A stretch of DNA of 64,000 nucleotides from assembly GCA_950097015.1 (NCBI GenBank), contig CATNEN010000024.1:5270001-5334000 (forward strand), written 5' to 3'. Each line of letters starts with the position of its first letter. Within the stretch, counting starts at the first letter, position 1. A program made the translations under genes and the position numbers. The notes under the pieces were generated by a model that was not told the DNA's origin, made no database searches, and saw nothing but the letters and a program-made list of their open reading frames with translations. This stretch comes from Macrostomum hystrix. Taxonomy: Eukaryota > Animalia > Platyhelminthes. Positions 38,265 through 50,800 of this stretch are shown piece after piece.

Positions 38265-38375
38265 GACACTCCTTTTGTTCTCGGCAAGGACCATTGTAGG
38301 GACTTGATCACTTTGTTCTCGGCAAGGACCATTGTAGGGACTTGATCACAATTTGTTCTCGGCAAAGACCATTGT
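38265..38375. repeat. About 3 copies of a ~38-bp unit (TTGTTCTCGGCAAGGACCATTGTAGGGACTTGATCAC)
   Basis: Direct tandem repeat. Confidence 0.8.
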
Positions 38376-39546
38376 AAAAACACAGTACGTATACTACAGT
38401 GATCCATGTCGGCTCTCTGCTGAGTAATTAGCATTAAAAGGCCAAATAATTTTTGATTTTCTCTATCTTTAGTACATGTCTCTCCATAATTAGTGGCTGT
38501 AGATAACCTTTTAATAACAAATTGCTGCTAGCCGCAGTTTCATGTTTATGAGGCCAATTGAATTACGGTGAGAATTGTGTCATTGTAATTTAGTCATACT
38601 CGTCAGCTTAAACTGTTTATTCTCTGAGTGTTAGATTAACTTGAGTAACAAATTCAATTTCCACACAACACGCCCTAACTGGCAGGTCACCGACATTGAA
38701 TAAACTATTTCGAAGAAAAAAGAATTGATTTTGTGCTTTGACGCAGTTTATTTACATGAGCACATATTTTTTTATGAGTAACCGCTGAAGTATGTTTGCA
38801 GTGTAGCTGAACATATAATTTGCTCGGCAGACATTTTTGCCGATTAAAAGCGAATGTGTAGATCTCATTAAATGATAGATGTTTTACATAAACTATAGCA
38901 GCTTTGGTAGGTTGAAATATAAAACGAGAATTTGTCCCTGCTCAACATCATAAATTGCTGCCTGACATGTACTTGCATATATGCGACTCAAAACAGACAT
39001 AAAAATTGTACTGCTGGGCATTTTACTATCAGATTATAAAGCTCTAGAAACTAGAAGCACAATAGAAGCGTTTACGGACACTCAAAAAGTGCATTTTCAC
39101 ACAGTGCGATCAGCTAGCGGATTCGGGAGTCAGAAAACGTTCAGGAAGGACTCCATGAGTTGTTCGTCGCTAAATAAAACAAGCAATTTATAAGCGACTA
39201 ATGCACACAATTTTAACAGTTGGGCGTATGAACTAAAGTTATGTTACAGCACAAAGCTATTTATTGGCTATGTGTGTCTGTTAGTTAAAACAAAACCTGC
39301 AAACCGCTACTGTGACATCAATCAAATGTCTATAATGTAAAATTGAACAACAGAATTGCTGGCAAGAAGAATTTTTGTTCAGGAAATTTAGCGCTATTAA
39401 AAAATCATTTTTACTGGGACATGACCACGGAGTAACATTTGTGGATCCGGCATAATATAAGTCCAGTTGCATAACAATATAGTACAAGGCTATAGTGCAG
39501 TCAAATGTACTTTTAGCTGCCCGCCTCTGTAGAGTTCTCCGAAGAC

Positions 39547-42500
39547 TCAGGCCTCGGACACTGTGTAGTCCAGGGATTCGCCAGCCGGATGCTCGATGCT
39601 GTACCGCAGCACCAGCTCCTTGGCTTCGCCTATGCAAAAGTACATTAGAATAAAATTCAGACTTTGTTTCAATAAAATAATAATTAAATGTTTAGAAGTT
39701 AATAGTTTGAAAATAATAATATTTTATTACACCATCGGGCCAGATGCGCAGCCGACAGCACAGCCGCAGCTATTTCGTACGGCTGTTCAGTCCATGGGCA
39801 AACGCCAAACCACCCTCAATTACCCCAGCTAGTGCTGGTACCCATTCAACAGCTGGGTGAACTGAAGTCGAGCAGAGTTGTGTCTTGCTAATAGATAAAA
39901 AATATTCCAGTGGAGTCGGGAGTCGAACCCTCGTTCTTCAAGTTGCCAGTCCGACGCTCTAACCACTAGCCTACACCCCAAGTTAGAGATTAGACATAGC
40001 CCAGTCTATCCAGTGCCACAGCCGCAGCTATTGCCTGACCCTTCCAGAGGCTGTGTACAGCCGTTAAGTCCATGGACTGAGTACCGGTACCCACTTGTAC
40101 AGTTGGATTAACTGAATCAATGGAGAATTAATTGATTCGCTTAAGTACATTTTGTGTCAACTTCGACTCTTGGGTTAAAGCTTTTAGTTTTCCTTGAATG
40201 AATAATGCATACCCAAGTTAGTAATTTTGATCCAGTGTACTGAAAAGGCTTTGGTATGTGAATCTACGTACGTATAGAATGTCACGAATCAAATATAGTC
40301 TTGCATGGATACTATAAAACTCAGACGGGCGTTTAATAATGGGTCATTCAGCCTCACCAACCAAGGACCTAATTGCGAAGTCGCATTCCTTCGTCAGTCA
40401 GGAGCCCATAGATAGTGCAGGCAGGCATTGTGAATCTCTGTGAGCTCTAAGAGGAGCGTCTCTGGCAGCCACAGAATCAGCGGGAGCTAAAGTAATTAGG
40501 CGATAAAAATGTGTCCCTAATGAGACCGACAGTCTTACCCACCCGCATTGAGGCGGGCCGCAAGCCAAAATAAAGACCACGTGGAACTGTAATGCTCTTA
40601 ATTAGGCCGCATTCAGATGAATAGAAAGGCACAAGGGATAAGATATTCTTTAATACTAGCACACGGCGATTTCAATATGAGATATCATATCTGATCTGAA
40701 CGTTAACAATATTACTCACCCGATTCAAGATCTACGTCCCACTCGACGTTGTTAGCCTTGTTGACTCGAATTGGCTTCTGCCTGTCGTACTTCTCCGAAT
40801 GCTTGACGTTCGGCTCAAGCAGGTTCACCTGTGGCATTAGTGAGAAATGGCAACCATAGATACCAAGTCCTGACCATATGATAATATATTATTCTCTAGA
40901 TGGGCCACTTAAGCACTGCGACAATTGGCAAAATGTGACTGTCGTTTTTGTCACTGGCTTGAAAAGCCGAAGTGAATAGTGGAATTGAGATTTTGAACTC
41001 AGTAGCTTAGTTAAGTTAAAAAAGATTGCGAATGCGAATATTGAGTTTCAATCAGTGTTGCATTATACGTCATATACAAATGGTAACGTGGTTTTAGTCT
41101 CGTTTTTTATGCATAGTGTTATATTTTTACATTTGCTTCTATGGCCACATGGTGGTTACAAGGACCACTAGAAGGACGGGAGACTTTGTTTCTTGGAAAA
41201 TTTATTAAAGGCTGAGATTTTCACGGAAAAATGCACTAGCGGGATAGGAACTTTTCACGCTTTTCACATTAAAATGTGGATAACGTTTTATTGGGGGTAA
41301 TACACTTATACTGGATTAGAACGTGACTGTTAAATTGAGTCGGTCACTAGATAGCCATTGATAGGCTATTGTGCTTCATGAAAATAAATAAAAATAAAAT
41401 GAAAGTCGTTTATATATTACAAAAAGCTTTCTAAAATCTAATCTAATCTAATCTAATCTAATCTAATCTAATCTAAACTAATTCTAGTCTAATCTAATCT
41501 AATCTAATCTAATATAATCTAATCTAATCTAATATATCTAAATCTAGTCTAATCTAATCTAATCTAATCTAGTCTAATCTAATCTAATCTAATATAATAT
41601 AATGTAATCTAATCTAATCTAATCTAATATAATCTAATCTAATCTAATCTAAATCTAGTCTAATCGAATCGAATCTAATCTAATCTAATCTAATCTAGTC
41701 TAATCTAATCTAATCTAATCTAACCTAATCTAATCTAATCTAATCTAATCTAATCTAATCTAATCTAATCTAATCTAATCTAATATAAATCTAAACTTTT
41801 TTAAATTCGTTGAAGCAACATATTTTGCACTATATATTAAATAAACAGCACTGGATCTGCTTCCAAAAAAAAGTTATCAACATTTTTGTGAGAAAAACGT
41901 GAAAAGTTCCTATCTCGCTAGTGCATTTTTCCGTGAAAATCAGCCTTTAATGAAATTTTCCAAGAAAGGAAGTGTCCCGTACTTATTCTTCTAGTGGTCC
42001 TTGGGTGGTTAATGATTGACCAATCATGTGGACATATAATTTTTAGTCCTGACTTCACGACTAGATAATCGTCTTTTTTAGAAAATTATAAACTTTAAGT
42101 TCGTATATTTCTAACCTTAATCTTTTCCTCTAGGGGAAGCGGATAAGACTCCATGACCGTGACGCGGATGGCCTTCTGGTGATTGTTCTTGACTTCAATG
42201 ACCTGCCGGTGCAGAAAGGTCACCGTTTTCGACTGGCCAGTGTCGCGCTTCTTGAACATGGGCTTGTAGGCAATCTTGATGCCGTGGTCAGCTCCCAGGT
42301 GACAGCTGAACTCTTCCATCGGGGCTGCCGCCTTCAGGTCGGACTGAGAAGGGAGGAAGTGAAAATTAGGAATGCATCTTCTGCTTATAAGCATCCTAGA
42401 AATAATCTAAATTCGATTCCTATTGCGACAACTTAATTCTCCGTTACATCAGTTCACACAGCTGCAGAAATTCCAATGCAGGCTACGTCGTCAAACACAG

Positions 42501-44815
42501 TCCATGGACTGAACACGTGTACGATAGCCGCGGCTGTCCACTGGCTGTACAACTAGTTCTTATGGGGTTGGGTGTCAACTCAATCTATCTAGAGAGAATT
42601 TTAACTATAAAAGCCGCGCAAAATATGTGCTCAACAAAATATGCGCTCAACAATATATGTAATTAGCAGTCTAATCTCGTACCTTTGAGACAAAGTTGTT
42701 GTCTACGTAGATATTGGCCGGCCCGGCCAGCAGGGCGTAGGCCGAAGTGTTGGTCACTCTGGCCTTCAAGTAGGCGTATGGAGCACGCTGTGGCACCGAT
42801 TCGTAGCTGAATGTCGGGCTCAGGTCGATGATGGCGATGGTTACCTTATGCGCCTCGCCATCCGATGGGATGGTGAACAGGCGCGGCACCTCGAACTGAG
42901 TGCTCTGAACGTTCAGCGAGGAGCGCAGCGTCTCCATCAGACGGATCTGGTTGCCCTGGAGACAGATGCGATAATTGTGAGCGAGTGTGAAGTGTGTGTT
43001 GACCAGCGAAACTTCGCGCGTCTATTGGATGTAAAATGTGCAGCCAATCATTATTGAGCCGAGGGAAAGGAAGTGGAGTGAGGTTGGCCTTGGGCTGCTG
43101 GGGTTTGGCTTATTGTGGGCTAATAATAATGAAAACTGCAGGAGGGCTGCGGGCAGTGGCACATAATTTGGAGACACTAGACCCGCAGCCAGCGAGGAGG
43201 TAATTCTGCCCATTTCGCTGACTCCTGAGCACACACGCACACAGATACTGTACGCAGGCACACGCTCACACAGGTGTGTACATCTGCCCTGAATTTCTCA
43301 TCGTCAGGCAGTGTAAACTCTCATTGTGCCTTGGAGGTTGGCCCTCAAGGGTGTAAATTTCACGACAAGCCCCCAAGCCTCCTCTCCGCGGCAGCGCCCC
43401 ACATAAATGTGGCCTCGCCGTGGAATCGAACTTAGGGACCGTGGTGCGAGAGGCAAACGCGTTAACCGCTCTGCCACCGACCCCCTATATCGACCAAATT
43501 CAAAAACGTCTTATAATAGTAGCGGCTGAGCATCGGAATCAGAAAAAGAGGTTGTCCCAGATCAGTTCAGATCGGGCTTCGATCGTGGCATCGCAGACAT
43601 CAACATATATCAATCTTTATCTGAAAATTTGCGACAAAAGTCAAGGATCAAGTTTGTCTATTTTCTTGTCTCTTAGCTTCCCTTGTAGTTGGACATAATT
43701 ATTTATTATCGCGCATCGAACTACTTGCAGTAGCTGTTAACAGTATCGCTACTCGAAAGCGCAGAAAAATTAGTGCGCTAGCAGCTGCAGCATAATTTGC
43801 AAAAGTAGGAGAGGAAAAAAGTGTTGGGATTAAGCGCCTGTTGTGTGCGACTGAGTGAGCAGGCCGGTCCGATGAGTCAGCTCGCTACTCACGTGACTCA
43901 TTCCTTTTTTCTCCCCTCGTCTTTTGCTCAATCCTCGCAAGCAACGCGCCGGGGGCCCCTTGGCGACAATTCTGGCGGAGGCGGGGTGGCCTAAAAAAGC
44001 TTAGGCCGGCTGCATCCAAGCAAACTGGGAGCTCAACTCCTCCGCCGCTGTCTTCCCTATCTCTCTCTCCTGCTTTCCTTCCTGTGCTCTCGCCGGTTCT
44101 CCTCTCCTTTATCCCATAATACCCCCTGCCTCCTCCCTCGCTGCCGCGGAGCAGAGGAAATTGGCGTGGCGCGGGGCAGGGTGGGGAGGGGCGGCTGCGT
44201 TATTTTTTACGAGGCGCATCTGAGCCCAGGATAGACAGAGGGAGGCATTGTGGGATGGGACGTTGCCTCTCTGTGTGTCTGAGTCACAATTTCAGGAGGC
44301 TGAGCGGGCAGGGAATTGAAAAAAGCATCCCTTTAATTTCTCTTCTCCAACTTCTTTTTTTCTCCAGCTTCTCATTCGTCATCCCATTTTTTATTATCTC
44401 TTTCTGGCAATCGGGCCCCGTGTTCTGATTGCATTTTTCTGGCTCCGATCCCGCAAGTGTTGCCCCCCCCCCTAGGATTTCCTTTCTGTCCGAGCCAGTG
44501 GTCAGTGGCTGTTCTGTAGCTCCTCCGGATTTTTCAAGTGGCAGTAGATTGTTTGTATTTGAGCTTTCTAAGCCTCCCAAAGTATTTCCGCCAAAAAATC
44601 CTCAACCTTCTATTCTCAGTTTCGATGCGCGAAGGCAAAGCAGTTGCCAGGGCTTTCCGGTTGCTGGGACGCAGTTCGGAGTGATCGAGCTGTGGGATAA
44701 AGAAATCTGGCATGGCGAGGGAAGGAGAGAGAGGGGGAGCTGGCGAGAATCAGTGGGATTTATATCCCATAGACCGTGGTCCCTCAAGCGTGGGACAGCT
44801 GTCACGTGCTACCGA

Positions 44816-44849
<34 letters not shown>

Positions 44850-47800
44850 AGAAAGAGGATGGAACTATCGAGCTGGGCGAGCGTGAGACATAGGGAAGGG
44901 GTCGAGATAAGCATCGCCTGATCGTGCAGCCAAATTGGCAGCGATTGGCTACTTAAAAGTCTGAAATCACAGTTTATCACATTGAAATGTCCCAAATCAC
45001 AATGTCTCCTTACGAAAGTAGCACAAGAAGGCAAGTTTAAGAAAGGAAGAACACTATATAATCAATTTAGGATTCATTTGGGAGACTTTTCCCAAGCTCT
45101 GTCAAGGAGTTGGACATTGATAGCCAAACATGTAAAACAATGTACCTCCTGCTGGCCGTTAGTGATTGAAGCGGCGGCGGCTGCAGCCCCAGCTGACGAG
45201 CTGGCCGCGTGCAGCGGAGTGCCCTCGATTGGCGTCCGGCCCGGGTCCTCGTTCATCGCCCCCTCGTCCGCGGAGGCGCCGGCGCCGCCGCCATCGGCGT
45301 CTGCGGATGACATCCGGGCCAGGCTGCTGGCCACTTTGTCGTTAGCGTGGAAGCTCAGAGCCTTCACCACGCGGCTGGACTTGCGCACCTTGGTTGCGGA
45401 CTTCCGCAGCGTCACGGTCGGCTCGCTGTGGGAATGAAAAACAATTTGTCTGCCTGCTTAGATAAGCTTATGTGCCACCAGTCCATGGACTGAACATTAG
45501 TTAACCAGCCATAGTGCATACGAGAATGCTTGGTGCGCCTACTCGTACTCAAATAATCTAAATTGAACAAGTCATATTTGCCTCTTCTAGACGCCAGATA
45601 GAGCTGAAGAGTAGATAAGCGGTGCCCTCCGACCCGGCATGAGTTCAATCCGCATCTCTGCGCCAATCTTCCCATCTCGAGTTTGTCTGACCAACGAATT
45701 AGACATCCCCACATTCACCCGGCGGCAATTCGAAATGCGATTTTCTAGGAATTGGGCCGCCTAACCCGTGGAGCCGGGGGGGCTGTTATCCGCGAAATTA
45801 GAAGAAACTTCTTCCGCCGAAGAAATGGGATGCGCCAAAGGGTTGCAACGGAACGCGGAGATGATGAGGCAGCGGAGGGAGAAAAAGGGAAGTCCCTGAT
45901 CGGTTCAGATCGGGATGACTCATCTACAAAATTCATTTCGTGTGTCTCTTTCCTCGCTTCTCAGCATTCTTCTGTCCCGTTCTTACAACCCTGAAGGCAC
46001 TGCGAAGGGCGACGGGCTGCTCATTCTTTCCCGCTCACTGAGCTGAGTTGACTAGCCTCATAATTATAGCATTGATCACCTGGGGCTAGCAGTTCAATAC
46101 CCACCTGTGCCCCCCCGATGGATCTGTCATTTGCATGACAGTCATTTGCCGAACCATTTCTATCCCGTTTGACCTTCGGAATCGGACCTGGAAAATCTCT
46201 CCCCTTGGGAAGAATTGCCGCCGAAGGGATGAAGAAACTTTAGAACTAGAAGGACGTCGATATTCGCACTGATTTTGATGACATTGGCAAGAGAAAATTT
46301 GAGACATTGGGCAACTAATTGCATTGAATCAAGGGTCAAGTTGACGGTAAAAGTTTAAATACGAGACAATAGTGGCTGTTAATCCATTTTATGCGGTGAG
46401 AATGCTTTGGAACTAATGCATATTCTAATCAAGTCTATCATCGATAGAAGACAGTTGCAGAGTGGCAGTATTCTAGGACCCAGGAAGATGAGTGCTAGCT
46501 TTAGAAGACCCAGGGAAGATATTGCTGGGTTTGGATGACCCGTTGATGAGAATGCTGGGTTTAGAAGACCCGGGGAAGAAAGTGCTGGGTTTAGAAGACT
46601 CGGGGGAAGAAAGTTTTGGGTTTAGAAGACCCGGGGAAAGAAAGTGCTGGGTTTAGAAGACCCGGGGAAGAAAGTGCTGGGTTTAGAAGACCCGGGGAAG
46701 AAAGTGTTGGGTTTAGAAGACCCGGGGGAAAGAAAGTGCTGGGTTTAGAAGACCCGGGGAAGAAAGTGCTGGGTTTAGAAGACCCGGGGGAAGAAAGTGT
46801 TGGGTTTAGAAGACCCGGGGGAAGAAAGTGTTGGGTTTAGAAGACCCGGGGAAGAAAGTGCTGGGTTTAGAAGACCCGGGGAAGAAAGTGTTGGGTTTAG
46901 AAGACCCGGGGAAGAAAGTGCTGGGTTTAGAAGACTCGGGGGAAGAAAGTTTTGGGTTTAGAAGACCCGGGGAAAGAAAGTGCTGGGTTTAGAAGACCCG
47001 GGGAAGAAAGTGCTGGGTTTAGAAGACCCGGGAAGAAAGTGTTGGGTTTAGAAGACCCGGGGGAAAGAAAGTGCTGGGTTTAGAAGACCCGGGGAAGAAA
47101 GTGCTGGGTTTAGAAGACCCGGGGGAAGAAAGTGTTGGGTTTAGAAGACCCGGGGGAAGAAAGTGTTGGGTTTAGAAGACCCGGGGAAGAAAGTGCTGGG
47201 TTTAGAAGACCCGGGGAAGAAAGTGTTGGGTTTAGAAGACCCGGGGAAGAAAGTGTTGGGTTCAGAAGACCCGGGGAAGAAAGTGCTGGGTTTAGAAGAC
47301 CCGGGGGAAGAAAGTGCTGGGTTTAGAAGACCCGGGGAAGAAAGTGCTGGGTTTAGAAGACCCGGGGGAAGAAAGTGCTGGGTTTAGAAGACCCGGGGAA
47401 GAAAGTGCTGGGTTTAGAAGACCCGGGGAAGAAAGTGCTGGGTTTAGAAGACCCGGGGGAAGAAAGTGCTGGGTTTAGAAGACCCGGGGAAGAAAGTGCT
47501 GGGTTTAGAAGACCCGGGGAAGAAAGTGCTGGGTTTAGAAGACCCGGGGGAAGAAAGTGCTGGGTTTAGAAGACCCGGGGAAGAAAGTGCTGGGTTTAGA
47601 AGACCCGGGGAAGAAAGTGTTGGGTTTAGAAGACCCGGGGGAAGAAAGTGCTGGGTTTAGAAGACCCGGGGGAAGAAAGTGCTGGGTTTAGAAGACCCGG
47701 GGAAGAAAGTGCTGGGTTTAGAAGACCCGGGGAAGAAAGTGTTGGGTTTAGAAGACCCGGGAAAGAAAGTGTTGGGTTTAGAAGACCCGATGGAAGAACG

Positions 47801-50800
47801 TGCTTGGTTTAGAAGACCCGGGGGAAGAACGTGCTGGGTTTAGAAGACCCGGGGAAGAAAGTGCTGGGTTTAGAAGACCCGGGGGAAGAAAGTGTTGGGT
47901 TTAGAAGACCCGGGGGAAGAACGTGCTGGGTTTAGAAGACCCGATGGAAGAACGTGCTGGGTTTAGAAGACCCGGGGGAAGAAAGTGTTGGGTTTAGAAG
48001 ACCCGATGGAAGAACGTGCTGGGTTTAGAAGACTTAGGGTCTTCCATCCAACCGAAGGGACTCACACTCTGCCGCTGGCCTTGAAGTGGGCCTTGTGAAC
48101 GCCCAGGGCGGGGGCTGTGCCGCCGATTCCAGGCTGGCTGGTTGACAGTGACAGCTGTGAGTTGAGCCAGTCCTCCCCTGTGCTCTGCTGCACCAGTCCG
48201 TAGTAGATTATCTGCAGGAAAAAATGCGAAGAATTTCATAAATTTCTTTAATAGAAGCAGCAGACCCATTCAGAGCCATTAAGCATATAATGTGTTTTTA
48301 ATCAGAAATTCTTCATCATCACCGCAAAAGCCAGCAGCAGCCAGAAAAGCTTTAGCTTCAGAGTGTAATTATTTATGCAAGGCAACAGGACCACATACTG
48401 CCCCCCGACCCACCGCGACCCTGTCCCCGTTTTTCCACCCCATTGTTTTTGTACAGTGCAGTTAAACAAAAAATAAGTTTTTTCTTTCCCAATCAGCGGA
48501 GGGCCCAACTTGTAGCAAACTGTAACTAGCTGCCGTCGCTGCGGCTTTATAAAAATTCTTTCTAGAACACCACATTCCCATGCTAGAAAGTTATAAGTCA
48601 CCACAAGCTTAGAAGACAAGAAAGTAAAGTGTGAGTCACACGCATCAGACCCACTAAGAATGTATTAGCTGCGAGTGAAAATGACACTAGGAGCAGGTTG
48701 AGCTACTTGAATGTATTGAAACTGGAGAGTCTCCATCAAACCCTCGTTTTCCGGAAAAGTTTAATAAGCCTACTGACTGTCCCCATTTACACTGGCCAGA
48801 TAGGCAATTCCAATGAACTATACCTGGAGAAAAACACTGCTGATTTCTGTTTCCATTAACGGAAGCAAGACCACGTGAGGTATTTAAAATGCCAGGTTTT
48901 CTTTTTCTGTACCTACAGGCTCCGTACAATGCAACTAACTAGCTATTCCTTCCTTCCTCTCCATTGGCTTTCAATAATTGAGCTTGGGCAGATGTGAGAG
49001 ATGAGGATTGACCTCAATTAGCTGCGGATCAGTGAGCAGCTGCCGCGTGTAGTCACGAAATAAGATAGCTTTAGCTGCGCCAAACTACATCTGAACTCAC
49101 CTTCATGGCGGACTCGTTGCTGAACACTCGGATGTCGTATTTGGGCGACCATTTGGCTCTGCTCACAACGTAGGAGAGGTACAGCTCAAGCTGGGTGGTC
49201 TCCTGGCACTCCAGTACAATGGATACCTCGCTGCCAATTTTAGAATAAGGGAGGCGAGCTTAAATTAGCGTTTGAGCATAGGACTCATTGCCTACCTACC
49301 ACTCCACTGACATCCTCTGTCACTCCGCAGACATCCTTTGTCACTCCGCTGCATTCTCTGTTACTCCGCTTTTTCTTCTGTCATTCCGCTACATTCTCTG
49401 TCACTCCCTCCGCTGACAACGTATGTCACTCCGCTGACATCCTCTGTCACTCCGCTACATTCTCTGTCACTCCGCTACATTCACTGTCACTCTGCTGACA
49501 TCCTCTGTCACTCCGAATCATTCTCTGTCACTCCGAATCATCCTCTGTCACTCCGCTTCATCCTCTGTCACTCCGCTTCATCCTCTGTCACTCCGCTTCA
49601 TCCTCTGTCACTCCGAATCATCCTCTGTCACTCCGAATCATCCTCTGTCACTCCGAATCATCCTCTGTCACTCCGAATCATCCTCTGTCACTCCGCTTCA
49701 TCCTCTGTCACTCCGAATCATCCTCTATCACTCCGAATCATCCTGTCACTCCGCTTTATACTCTGTCAATCCGCTGACATCCTCTGTCACCCCGAATCAT
49801 CCTCTGTCACTCCGCTTCATCCTCTGTCACTCCGAATCATCCTCTGTCACTCCGAATCATCCTCTGTCACTCCGCATCATCCTCTGTCACTCCGCATCAT
49901 CCTCTGTCACTCCGCTTTATACTCTGTCACTCCGCTGACATCCTCTGTCACCCCAGCACTTTATCGTATATTATAGCACTTCGGTGTCACTCCCCATTTC
50001 CTGTCGCACCCCGGTGTTTATTTTTATGATGCTTCAAAGTCGAAGCGGTCATATTTTAAAACAGCCACGGACCCCACTACCCCAACGATGCAGGGCGCTC
50101 TTAAACATCTCCCCAAAGCACACATTTAAAAAAATACATCCTGGACAGTTGCTGTGGCATCCCGCCATCAAACAGAGCTGCTTCCGGGTTTGCTAGCTGG
50201 CACTTCAGTCGGCCACTGGTATCTTTGAAAGGCCTTGTTTAAGTGGCGCCCAGCTTTCAATGGCTTTCAGTGGCACTTCAGCACCGCTGACGCCCTAATT
50301 GTGGCTTTGTAGACAGCTGCGAGCTGCTGGAGTGGCATTCACTCCAGCTCCTCTGTGTGACTCAGCGTGGCTTTCACTGCTGCGTCTGCCAGTACTAATC
50401 CCTGGCTGTGACCTATCCTGTCTCTAGCACTGACCGCCTGACACTGCTGTCATCTCACACTGCCTGACACTGCTGTCATCTCACACTGCCTGACACTGCT
50501 GTCATCTCACACTGCCTGACACTGCTGTCATCTCACACTGCCTGACACTGCTGTCATCTCACACTGCCTGACACTGCTGTCATCTCACACTGCCTGACAC
50601 TGCTGTCATCTCACACTGCCTGACACTGCTGTCATCTCACACTGCCTGACACAGCTGTCATCTCACACTGCCCGACACTGCTGCCATCTCACACTGCCTG
50701 ACACTGCTGTCATCTCACACTGCCTGACACTGCTGTCATCTCACACTGCCCGACACTGCTGTCATCTCACACTGCCTGACACTGCTGTCATCTCACACTG

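Noticed and set aside
44284-46307. Assorted 60-150-aa ORFs antisense to or within DUF4139 introns
   Set aside because: No motifs or consistent splice structure; expected by chance in GC-rich DNA.
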